From NCBI GenBank assembly GCA_036172245.1, contig JAYWIR010000047.1:558001-622000 (forward strand): 64,000 bases of DNA. The letters run 5' to 3'. This DNA comes from Raillietiella orientalis (Eukaryota). Of the stretch, positions 23,701-34,155 are shown in pieces. Below the pieces are notes generated by a model that had not been told where the DNA came from, searched no databases, and worked only from the letters and a program-made list of their open reading frames with translations. The position numbers and the translations under genes are program-made. Positions within the stretch are counted from its first letter, which is position 1. Each line of letters starts with the position of its first letter.

Positions 23701-26050
23701 GGCTGAGGTCCTAGCAAGAGGAACTCGAGGAGGAAACGGAGCCAACCATAGCTTAACGGGGTGGCCACCCAACTCCTGAGGCAACAGGAACTTCCAGACA
23801 CACAGACAACGAGCTGGGCAACAGATCGATCGACAGAGGGCGATGGTAAAGCGAGGGGGGAAGAAAAGAATCCCTCCGTAGCAACGGACTTGCGTTGAGG
23901 TGCGTTTTGAGGATCATGGGAAGGGAGGTGGACGCATAGGGAGCGAACAGCATCTCTCTGGAGGGCTGCCAAGACAGCGCAGACCGAGAGATCCTGGGCA
24001 CGTGCATGGAGAAGCAGAGGCCAACTTCAACCACTTGGAATGGAAAGCGAAGAGAGCCCTCGACGTCACGCGAGTTTCGGCAAGAGAAGAAATGCTCTCC
24101 AAGAAGGAAAACCGGGAAAATGAAATGCTTGTCTGTTATGGCTTAGCATTCTTATGTACTCGCAGCATGTAAATAAACGACCCCAACTCTGGTCGGGTCG
24201 GGGAAAATTGTTAGATGGGTCAAGTAGCCTCACAACAAAGCCGTAAGTTTATGTTTGTGCATACTCTGGATGCCAAACTACTCTCCCTTTCCACGGAACG
24301 ATTAACTCGTGAAAGAGGTTGCATGACCATGTATCAGCTGACTAGAGATTTCCCACCATCTTCTCATCCTGCCTATTCTTCTCAGCTCGTTCAAACGATT
24401 CACGAGGCCTCCTCCGCCATCCATTCCATCATGCCTTCGGTGTGTATCCCAGGAGTGCCCAGCGCTCGAGCGCGCCACTTCTTTCCAGGAGCGCTTTCCC
24501 CTGCTTCCTGGGAACTTCCTGTTTCTCCCCAGCACTCCCTCATTCACTGAATCCTGGAGACCCCGAGACAACTGCTCCCCCGGAAGTGTGTGCTCCTTCC
24601 ATGGGGTGGTGAAGCTCCAGTGCTCGGCCCTTGTTCTCCTTCCTTTCCTCTTCCAGCGACGCTGGTGACCATTCGTAAAGGAAAGCAACGCCCACTGTGA
24701 CGGCCCCTCCCTCGCCTGGGAGCACTTGATCGGAGTCTCAGTTTTCAGCCCATTTCCGGGAACTCTCTGGTTGGCGGCTACCGACTGTCAGTGTTCCTGA
24801 ACTCTATCCTTAATGTGGGTCACCGTCAGACGTGGGTTGTTATCCGGAAGAGGTCATCATCGACTGTTTATCGGAATCCAGCTCTGCAGAACGTGAAGTT
24901 GGGATCCTGTAGGAAGTTCTTCTCTAAGAATCCACATTCCGAAGACTTCCGACCCGGGACTTCCAGAACGGTTTGTTCTGGAACTTTCGGAAGGGGACCG
25001 TCTTTGCGAAGTCCAGAAGACGCGAATCGCGGTCAGGAAGCAAAGGCTCCCCAGCACTTGAAACGGACAGTGACGTAGTATAAGAGGGAAGACGACTGTG
25101 GGGGTGACTTGTCCACAGGAGCGTGAAGAGAAGTCCTCGAGTCCAAAGGAAACGGCTCCAACCACCTGGACCATCCGATGCCTGACATACGGAGAGCAGC
25201 AGCAACAGCAGCAGCAGAAGAAGAAGAACGCAAAACCCATTCAGATAATCCGTGATGGTGGTACTGTCTTCTTTTCTTTTCTTCCTTCCCGGATACGAAG
25301 AACGAGTGGCTCTTGCAGAAGATCTGCAAGAGGCATCACCAATTCTGTGCCATCGAGGTGTCTGGACTCTTGTCGAAGAAACACGGCAGGACCTCCGATC
25401 GCTTGCAATAATCTGACATGTCTGTATTCGAGAATCTCGGTTGCTGGGGTTGCTGCCCAAACGATAATCTGCCGTTCAAGGACACCGGGAGACACGCCAT
25501 CCGCCTTCCCACTCCTCCGTGAGCAGCCAGCAGCCTCTCTCGCGTGTCCGAACTCGCGCTGATGCTTTTCCTCTTGCCGCCGCCACCGCCTCGCTGGCAC
25601 CAGTCTCAACATCACCTTGAGAATGCGCAGTTGCGTGTGCCGAGATGCTCGACAGTCCTCCGCCAGTCCTCCGGGTAAAGCGCGAGCAAACCCGGAAGCG
25701 GACCGCCGTGGTGACATTCGGAATGTTCCAGAAGAGGAACGCGCGTTTTCCCGTTTCTCCTGCATCGGAGAACCACTTCTTGGTTCTCCTGGAACTCTTC
25801 CCACACCTTCAGCATCTCAGTCCCCGGCCGTCAGCGCTTCACAAGTCTGTTTGGAGGGATCCACTGCCAGAAGAGAAACTGGATTTTTCTGTCGGGAAGG
25901 GGGAAGAAGGGGAAGGGCTGCATCCCTTGGGACGCCGGGACCCAAAAGTCCATCCTTTGGCCAGCTTTTCCTGACATCTGGGCTTCAAGGAGAGCGCTGC
26001 TGCAGTTGAGAGGAGGGGGATGGATATCCCTGGATGCACTCGAACGTTTT
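20780..26050 (-). mobile_element. Old, nearly full-length L1/Tx1-like LINE (APE endonuclease + RT), heavily decayed and interrupted
   Basis: APE-like motifs ~25470-24800 (IIVW..PAVFLRQES; SLHAP; WGAF; WILREELP..NSR). RT-like motifs ~21900-20900 (LKEV..RSPRD..LTGVF; IRQ..LSP; HIGI). All degenerate but in canonical order. Confidence 0.5.
22700..24205 (+). mobile_element. Possible 3' fragment of another non-LTR element inserted in the old LINE
   Basis: LNELVLKMHRKTWP..RL resembles the region before the C-terminal zinc finger. Ends with AATAAA followed by hairpin CGACCC..GGGTCG (~24172-24200). Confidence 0.3.
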
Positions 26051-26239
26051 AGAGACAGATCCACGTGGATCTGAGATTGGCAGTCTTTTTTTCCCGTGGA
26101 GTTGATGGAATCCGAACCTGAGAGGACCTCGGCGCGCGCCGGCTCGTTCCCACCCCTACTGATTCCCTTTCTCGTGCTATTCCCGTGTCCTAAAAGCAGG
26201 CGCCTACCAAAATCCGCGGATAGGAAATGTCGGAAGATC

Positions 26240-26700
26240 GCAGAAGAAATAAATACATGTGTTTAATATGTGTATTAACGTATATATTTATATATAGATT
26301 GATGTACTGATTTATTTCAACATACATACCATTAATGTAATGCGCCTGGAGAATGAGACTTTCCCGGTAAATGACGAATTCCATTTTCGGGATTTTGATC
26401 GTTTGATAAATACATGTGTTCATCATTCGATATTTATATATTAATTGAATATATATTTTTTATATATATAGATAGACAGAGGTACAATAAGCATACATAT
26501 TTATTTTTTTAATTCTTTAAGACATATATATTTTAGCAATATATTCCGATACATATTGTCAATTATATTAATAATATATATGTTAATAAATATCGATAAA
26601 TATGAATGTTGAAATAAATTTGTCTGCCAATCTGTGCACTAATTTGTATATATCAACACACGTAATAAGCGGGTACATTTATTTTTCATGGTCTTTTGGG
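26240..26700. repeat. AT-rich low-complexity island
   Basis: Abrupt TA-rich block in GC-rich context; TAAATACATGTGTT occurs twice (~26250, ~26407). Confidence 0.7.
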
Positions 26701-27217
26701 AGTTTTGATCGTTCGGGATTTCGAACCGACCCTCCCAAGCGTCTGCGCATGAGGCGGATCCCAACTCCACGCGGGTCACCTCGGCGAACGGCCTTCTCGA
26801 GATGGTCCGAGCAGTGGCAGTGGGAGTGGCCCAGCAGCCGGCAACTCCTCCTGGCCTCCCTTTTCGACCCGCCTTGCAGCTCCTGCGCCAGCATCGAGTG
26901 GTTCTTGTAGTAGGGCACGTCCAGGAGATCGTGGTGACTCTCCCCCCCCTTTTTTTTTTTAATTCTTCTTCCTCCCGGCCATGCCATGTCGAGCGAGGCA
27001 CACCCCTCGCCTGCGTCGCCCCGCAGTTCCGACGCGACGCGTGGAAGTGCCATGTCGAACACGTCCAGGGGCCCGGTAGGAACGGCCCTACTGCTCCTTC
27101 CCGCGTGACCACGCGGCTCCCTTTCGCTGGGGCTCGTCACGTAACACCCGGCGCTGTACGCAGCCGTAACTCGAGAGCCGCCTCCCCCGGCTCAAGCACT
27201 TGCCGTCCCTCCTACCT

Positions 27218-29260
27218 GACCCGTGCTGGCGACCCTGTAGCTGCAGTCTCCGCGCGCGTGGTGCCAAGAGTCGCGCGTTCAAATCCCGCCCGGGGGAAGG
27301 GTCGACGCCGAGAAAGGGGGATGCGTCGTGGGTTCGAACCCCCCCTTTGCAAGATGACCCCAATTGGCCTACATTTTTTAAAAGGCCAGTAGCAACCTCA
27401 TGGGGAGATCGTTGCTATTGGCCCAGGATGACGTAATCCGCTACTTCCTTCCAGTCTTCCCTCCCCCCCCCCGGGTTTTCTTTTTTGAGGGTTCGCCAAG
27501 TGCTCAAGAAGACGACCCTGGAGGCTCACGACGCTCTTTGACATCGTCCCGCGCCATCCGAGGGTGGGTGCAGCAACCCTTCAAGTTAGGGGTGCCCGGA
27601 AGGATACCACCCTATGAATCCAGGAAGGGCTCCGGAGGAAGGAGTCCGCCTCTCTCTTACTCTTGGAAAAGAATCCCGAAGGGAACCCTCACTCTGGTTG
27701 CCTCCGAAGGGAACCCCAGAGGGCTCTCCGATTCCTGAAAGAACCCTGGAAGGTCCACTTCCGATCCCAGCCAGTTAGCCTTCAACCAGGGCCGCACCCG
27801 AGTATGGGCCAACCCGAATAGGAGTAGGTTTCGAGTTTCCCTTGCAAGTTGGCTTGGAGTTCGGCACTGGAGGGAGGCAAATGCCCCGCTGACTGGTCCG
27901 GATGGGAAATGGTCCCTTCAGGTCTTTCCAGAATCCAGGAGCCCTTTGGGATTCCCCCTCCAGTTGTGCAAAGGGATCCGCTTCTATCCTCAGGAGAATG
28001 GAATGGGGAGGGGACCTCCATCGCGTGCCATGGAGCTAGTTGATAGCTCCCTCGGGCGGTGCCTCTCCAGAGTCCAAGAAGCGCGCTGCTCCCTTCAGAA
28101 AAAACGGGAAGCTTCCCTTCCGGATTCCCTTCGGAGGAAGAAACGAGGAGCGGATCCTTGCCGGGGGTGCTTTCGGAGAGAATGAGGAAGAGGTGGCTCC
28201 CATCGGGGTTCCCTCAGGAGATAACCAGGGCGAGGATCCCCTTTGGGATTCTTTTCCAAGAGTAAGAGAGGGGCGGACTCAACTCTCCGGAGAATTCCCG
28301 GATTCACAGGGTAGTCCCTCTAGGGCGTCCCCTATCACTTGAAGAGTGGTTCACGAACGCTGTGATCCCAAGTGCCCCACCGAAAGGACTATTGCGCTGG
28401 AGTGAGCTGCTGGGAAACCTACAGGAAGACCTCGAGTGGCCCACAGAGCTGTAGAACAACCGGATCCTCCCCCTGAAGTGGCCGAAGTCGGCACTTCTGC
28501 TGTTGCACTGGGGTCTCCCGTGCAACGCCCGCCGCTCTCACTGGACTCGGGGCACAATGGACCCAAACTGCTTCAGGTGCGGGCAACGGAAATCCCAGCT
28601 CCCGCACCTGCTCGTAGACCGTGTCGCCCTCCGGTCCCTGTGGTTGCCTTACGCAACGCCCCTTGGTGCACCCACGGACAATGCCAGAGGCGCCTCTTCG
28701 TACACGATGCCCTTTTGCCCGACGCATCCCCAGCAGCTCTTTGCTGCCTACGTGGGAATGTGGCGGTCTGGATCTACGCGAGCGGAGGACGGCGCGATAG
28801 GGACGCCATCTGCCCTTCGCCCAGTGTGTCCTGCGGATGGCAGCAAGATGGTCCCACCTGGAGCATACTCGGATAGAACTTGCCGGCATCCTGGAAAGGA
28901 TGCAGAGAACGACCTTCAGCTCCCGGTGATCCCTTCTCTAACCCTCCCATTTTTTTGTATATATAGTTTTTTTGTTTTAATTTTATTTCTGTTTGCCACC
29001 CCACCCCCTTTCCGGCCGGCGTGACTGGGTGAAACCTCGCCGGCCTGCGTGCCGGTTACTCGGCAGGTTCCGAGCATTGTAGGACGTTGTAGGGTCGATG
29101 ACCCTACACATGTATGTTTATTTTTTATAATAAACGTCCCGGCGTGATTGGGCGATGAACGTATAACTTGAAGAGTTGACATGTACCCTCTGGTAGCGTA
29201 GGCGATGCCAAAGAACTTGGCGAGCCCCGAGGCGAACGGCTCTCGAGTACCTGGCTAACT
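27218..29260 (+). mobile_element. Compound Y locus: head with two B boxes, nested inverted Y copy, plus-strand Y body split by a Tx1-like insertion
   Basis: B boxes CGTTCAAATCC 27276 and GGTTCGAACCC 27331. Minus-strand Y at ~27440-27815. Plus-strand Y at 27820-28347, resuming at 29162-29260. Confidence 0.75.
28348..29161 (+). mobile_element. 5'-truncated L1/Tx1-like retrotransposon inserted in Y
   Basis: Decayed zinc finger DPNCFRCGQRKSQLPHLLVD; AATAAA-hairpin end; 15-bp TSD TAT(C/A)ACTTGAAGAGT at 28333-28347 and 29162-29176. Confidence 0.85.
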
Positions 29261-30087
29261 TTTCCGCCCAGCGTGAGAGGTTCTCAGGGCGCCACCTGTC
29301 CGTCCCAGGAGGGGACCGGGAATCGAGGGGATTGGTGGCGTGGCAACACTAAAGGCGCCTTCTTCGAGAGGGAGCTGCGAGACCTTCCGGCTTTGTGGAC
29401 GCCCGCTCGCGGCGTCGGCGGGGCGCTCGGCAACGCGGGAAGGGGTGCCCGGCTTGGGCCGACCGGGAAAAATCCGGGAATGCCACCACTACTCCCGCGT
29501 CAGGTGAGGACGGGGTTGCCCGCGTTGCAGCTTGTGAGGAGGAGGGGAGGGACGGGTTCGCTGTTTGGGGACCGATGGCTGCAGTGGCAGGGTCTCGCCA
29601 CCGGCAAGCTCAGGTAGGGTGGGCAGAAATGGGTGTCTGGGTGGGGTGGGGGAGTGGAGTGGAGGAGGAAAGAAAGGTAGAGAGAAAGGAGGTCGCGGAG
29701 GCTGAAGAGAAAGAGGAAAAAAATCGGTCCCCTGGACGCCCACTGCGGTCGTGCCACGGGGCTTTCATTGCGGCAACGCGAAGAGATGGGAAAATTCCTT
29801 GCGAGACTGCGAGCGCCGCGAGCCGTGGAGTGGTGACCCACACTGCCATTCGGGGATCCGTGGATGCCACTCTTCAAGGGTCCGTCGAACTCTTCCCGCC
29901 CGAGAAACGACAGCCCCTCCGCCCATCTCGCGCGTCCGGCGGCGCAGACTTTCACCTCGCTCCCAGCCCGGACCGCAGAATCCGTCCGCCCGGTCATCGC
30001 TCCTGCAGGGAAGCGGGCAGGGTGCGCGCAGACTCTTCGTCCATGGAAACAGCCCGCTTTGCGACGACCACCACCGCTCCCGGAGCC

Positions 30088-31300
30088 CGAGGCACACTCT
30101 GGCGGCCGCTCGGCCACAACCTCTGCCGGCGTGGCTCCGACCGTCGCGGGTTCGAATCCCTCCTGGAGCAAAGCATCAACGTTAAGAAATAGGGGGGTGA
30201 GTGTTGATTTCGAGTCCCCCTCCCCCCGCGAGATGTCGCTGGTTGCGGGTGTGGCACCGGTTGACACCCTGTCAGGCCGGGCGTTTATTTATAAAATAAA
30301 CATTAACAGACGTGGATGTTTATTTTATAAAGAAGCGTTTGATCCTACCACGTTACTTATAACTACGAGGAGGAACCTGCCGGGAACTGGCACGCAAGCC
30401 AGACGGGTTCCGGCGGAGTTCACCTCGGCAGCGCAAGGGAAGGGGAGACAAACAAAAAGAAAAAAAAAATAAAACAAAACAGTCAAAAAGTGGGCGGTTC
30501 GGGAAGGGATCACTGTGGGCTGGAGGGCGTCCTCTGCATTTTTGGCAGGATTCCGGTAAGTTCCTCTCAGATGGGGCCATCTTGACGCTGTCCTCATGAA
30601 GAGGACAGCAAAACAGATAATGTCCCTGTCGTCCTGGCCTCCTCTGGCATTGCTCCATGCAGTGCGGAGCGCGGATGCTCCCATTGGCTAGCCGGAATTG
30701 GGGTCCTTCTAGGGCATCAAGGAGCCTTTTGGGGTTCCCTTATCTGGTTATGCAAACGGAGCTGCCCCTCCATCCCTCTGAGGGGCACCTTCCATCGCGT
30801 ACCATGGTGCTGGTGGATCAATGCTTCTCCAGAGTGTGAAGAAATGCTCTGCCCCCTTGGGGAGCACCCTCCAGAGAAAATGGGGAGCATCCCTTGGGTG
30901 TTCTCTTCAGCGGAGAAAAGCAAGGAGCGGATCCTTTCCTGGGGGTCCTTCCACAGAACAGATGAGTAGTGGTCCTCTCCGGGGGACGTTCCGGAAAGAC
31001 TAAGAGAGAGGTTTCTTCATGAGACAACCAGGGCAAGAGTTCCCTTCGAGAATCCCTCCCAAGAGCAACGGAGGAACCCTTCCTCTGAAGCTCTTCCCGG
31101 ATTCATGGTGTGTACCCCTCTCCTGGGGTCACCCCTTATAACTTGAAGAGTTGACACGCACCCTTGGGTGGCGTGGACGGTGAAAAGAGCTTCGCGAGTC
31201 ACACACACACCGTAGGGAGGTGAACGGCTCTTCAGCACTTGGTGAACCAAAAAGAAAGAAAACCGGGAAAAAAGGAGCAGAAGGAGAAGCTGGAAGGGAA
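30088..31300 (+). mobile_element. Y copy interrupted by a minus-strand Tx1-like fragment
   Basis: TGGCGGCCG..GCGGGTTCGAATCCC (B box 30149-30159), second degenerate box TTTCGAGTCCCC (~30208). Body resumes at ~30670 (GGATGCTCCCATTGGCTAGCC) and runs through TAACTTGAAGAGTTGACACGCACCC. Confidence 0.75.
30261..30660 (-). mobile_element. Short 3' fragment of L1/Tx1-like retrotransposon
   Basis: Aligns with 39445-39850; terminal AATAAACGCCCGGCCTGACAGGGTG on the minus strand. The second TSD copy is not recognisable. Confidence 0.8.
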
Positions 31301-32150
31301 GCAGAGAAAATGGAAGAACCTGAAAGGGGTTCCATCGCTGGAAGGGAGCGTCTCCCGCTGCTCATCTTCCCAGACGTTCTTCCTGGAATGTAAGTCAGGC
31401 CACGGAAGATTCACTGGCGACTTTCGACCCAGATAGCCAATGGTGCCGCAGCTTCTTCCTCTTGCAAAACTGCCTTTGGCATTCGCCCTTTGCTGTCCAG
31501 AGCTGTTCCGCCCTGGGGGCGTCCGCGACACTCTCAGAGGCATGAACTGCGTCTCCGGTCTGGGTGAGTCGAAAATTCTCTGCGGTCCCCGCGCGGCGCC
31601 CTCGTCGCGAAACCGCAAGTTAACCTTCCCCCTCTACCCCCTAAACCCACTCTGTGACCGAATTGGAACCGAGACGCTCGGAAAGACACGGCTCGGAGAA
31701 GAACGCGCGCGTGACGAAAGCATCGGCGATCTCATTCCATTTGTGGTCCGCCCTGCGCTTCCATTCGGCTGATCTGAGATTGCAGGCTGAACATGGGGGT
31801 TTCTTTGCTCAGCGGCCCGCCTGCCGCTGGAAGGCGAGGACGAGGTGGTTTTCCGCAAGATCCTCCGGAGAGTCCGACGCGTTCCGTGCTCCGAGATTGG
31901 ATGCGGATCGGTTGTTTCAGAAACACGTGAGGACCCTACCGCACGCGCTAGGGTCCCCCCCCACCAACCCGCAGTGGGTGTACCTTTTTGCGCACTCTCC
32001 GTGGAGAGGAGTGGTGACGTTGTCCGTCTCGAGGGAAGCTCCAGCGACAAAGGAGCTGGAGAAGGAAGGAGACGCATGCTGTTTCCTATTCTCCCGAAGC
32101 CATCCGGCCGCGGTGACCGGGGTGACGTGACACCACACCAACGGGCCCCG

Positions 32151-33237
32151 AATGGATCTCTGCCGCCCAACGAACTTTGAAGCCTGGCGGCAGGAACCGT
32201 TGCATGGCTGGGCAAAGCACCAGGATGTTTCCCTCCTGGAACTCCGTTGCGCTCACCTCTCCCCGTACTGCACGGTGGATGAGGTGTGCAACAGCCAGGA
32301 GAAGTGGATCCGCCTGGCCGTCACCCCCCTCGCCGACGCACTGTCAGCCCTCAGGGCAAGAGATGACAGCTGCGAACCGGCGAGATGGGAGGTCGCCTGC
32401 ACCATCGCAGGAACAACACGACCTATTGGCGGCTGGAGGACTTGCGAGCTGGCGGACGCCTCCACGCCTTGCCACGTTCCGAAGGGACTCCTTCGGTGGA
32501 GTGAACACTTAAGTGTGGCCCCCGAAGAACTTGTGGTCCCTCCCTCCTGTTTGAACACTTCTGTGTTCCCTCTGAACTGGAAACAGGACGTCATCATGCT
32601 GGTGCATCGCGGTTTCCATCGCAACCAGCGGACGAACCGTGTTTCCGGGGGAGTTGCCTCCCCGAACTGTAAGCGGTGCGGGGAAGTGGAAACGCTCCTG
32701 CACCTGCTCCTGGACTGCGGTGTCCTCCAAGGACTGTGGAGGAGGCTGGCCTCAGCTCTCCTGCACCAGGGGGACATCGCGAGGGACTTGATGCGCCGCT
32801 TCTTCACGCCAGGCGGCCTGTCTTTGGGTGCTGTCGTTGCAACCGTGTGTTGCACCCGCGCCATCGACAAGGCCCACCGAGAGTTGGAGAAGCTGGCCAT
32901 CCTTCGTCAGCCCACCGGATTAGCCAGCGCAAGCATGTCGTTGGCTGCCGAGTGGGCCCATCTGCCACAGGACGTAAGGAGAGAGATCGCCGGCATCCAT
33001 CGCCGGTTCTGAAAGGAAGGAACGGCCGAACCAAAGACCCCTGTCTCCTGCCCTCCATATTTTTCTTTTTATTTTTTATAGTAGTGTATTTGTAGTCCCC
33101 TCCCTCCCGTTACGGACTTTCGGCATACCGACCTGCGTGTCGGGGATCCCACCATCTTCGTCTCTTGTTTTTCCCTTTGTCCAGGAACTCTGTTCCCGGA
33201 TAGTTTTTAATAAACGCCCCGGCGCACCCGGGTGATA
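32151..33237 (+). mobile_element. 5'-truncated L1/Tx1-like retrotransposon with an intact 286-aa C-terminal ORF
   Basis: ORF 32152-33012 with CCHC finger SPNCKRCGEVETLLHLLLDC; terminal AATAAACGCCCCGGCGCACCCGGGTG; perfect 14-bp TSD ACCAACGGGCCCCG at 32137-32150 and 33238-33251. Confidence 0.9.
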
Positions 33238-34155
33238 ACCAACGGGCCCCGTCGTCACCGTTGCCAGGGCTTGACAGATGCCTCCTTGTCGGACGATCCT
33301 CCTCTTCGACGTGGACGCAGCCAAGGAGACCACCGGAATAGAGGGAGGAAGGCTGCAGCAGCACCAGGGATTGCGAAAACATCGCTAGGTCCGCGTTGGC
33401 GGTCGTGCGGCTGCGGTGCGCGCGGCACCTGGGTCGTGGAGGTCCTCATCCGCCCGGGGATGCATCGAGATCGAGAAGCGGAGGGGGACCGTTCGTTGTA
33501 GGTTTCGATTCCCCCCACCTCCACCCACACGATGGCGTGCTTGGCTTGCGGACTCCGGGAGCGGCACCGATGGGACGCGTGTCCGCAGGGACGCCCCCGC
33601 TGACTGACTGGGATTTGGAGGTTTGCAAGCCCCTCCGGAGTCCTTCCAGGAATCCGTCGGACTGGTTCCCTTCGAAGTTTCCCTCCAGTTGTGGGATGGA
33701 GCCGACCCCCCCTCCCCTCCTTGGGGAAACCATGCTTCGCTCCAGGGAGCTGTATTTCCCCCTGGGGATGAGGTTCCCCTTCGGGGTTCTCTTCGGCGGA
33801 GGGAACAGGCAGAGATTCCCTAAGGGGTTCCCCCTCCCTCGAGTGAGAGGAATGGTCTCCTTTCTCCGGAGCCTTCCTGGATTCGTTGGGTGGTCCCTCG
33901 GAGTTGCCCCGCGACAGAACTACACACCCTCAGGTGGCGCAGAAGAGCTTTGGGGGCCACCACCATATGGCCGCATCCTGCAGCCCCTCTGATGCTCCTC
34001 CGCGGAGGCGAACTGTGTTCGAGCGATGCCAAACCAACAGACCCGTTGCCACCGTTACCAGGGAGACCCACCCCTGCGTGCTTTCCAGATACCTCTTTGC
34101 TGGAGGATCCTCTTCGACGTGGGAGCAGCCAAGGAGACCGCCGGGATTGAGAGAG
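33238..34155 (+). repeat. Two copies of a ~110-bp repeat ('Z') flanking a Y copy
   Basis: 33238-33345 and 34030-34155 share ACCAAC.G.CCCGT.G.CACCGTT.CCAGGG and TCCTCTTCGACGTGG..GCAGCCAAGGAGACC. A weaker relative lies near 39015. Confidence 0.7.
33387..33955 (+). mobile_element. Y copy with empty insertion site
   Basis: GGTCCGCGTTGGCGGTCGTGCGGCT head, GGTTTCGATTCCCC (~33501), GCGGCACCG (~33561), body GGACGCCCCCGCTGACTG.. to CACACCCTCAGGTGGCG..AAGAGCTT. Confidence 0.7.

Noticed and set aside
26679..27140. MADF-like fragment (LLDVPYYKN)
   Set aside because: Too short and the conserved tryptophans are missing.
31185..31240. Hammerhead ribozyme-like CTGAAGAG on the minus strand of the Y tail (also CTGAAGA..GAAAC at ~36581)
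   Set aside because: No proper GAAA core or stems I/III, and the motif is not conserved in other Y copies.
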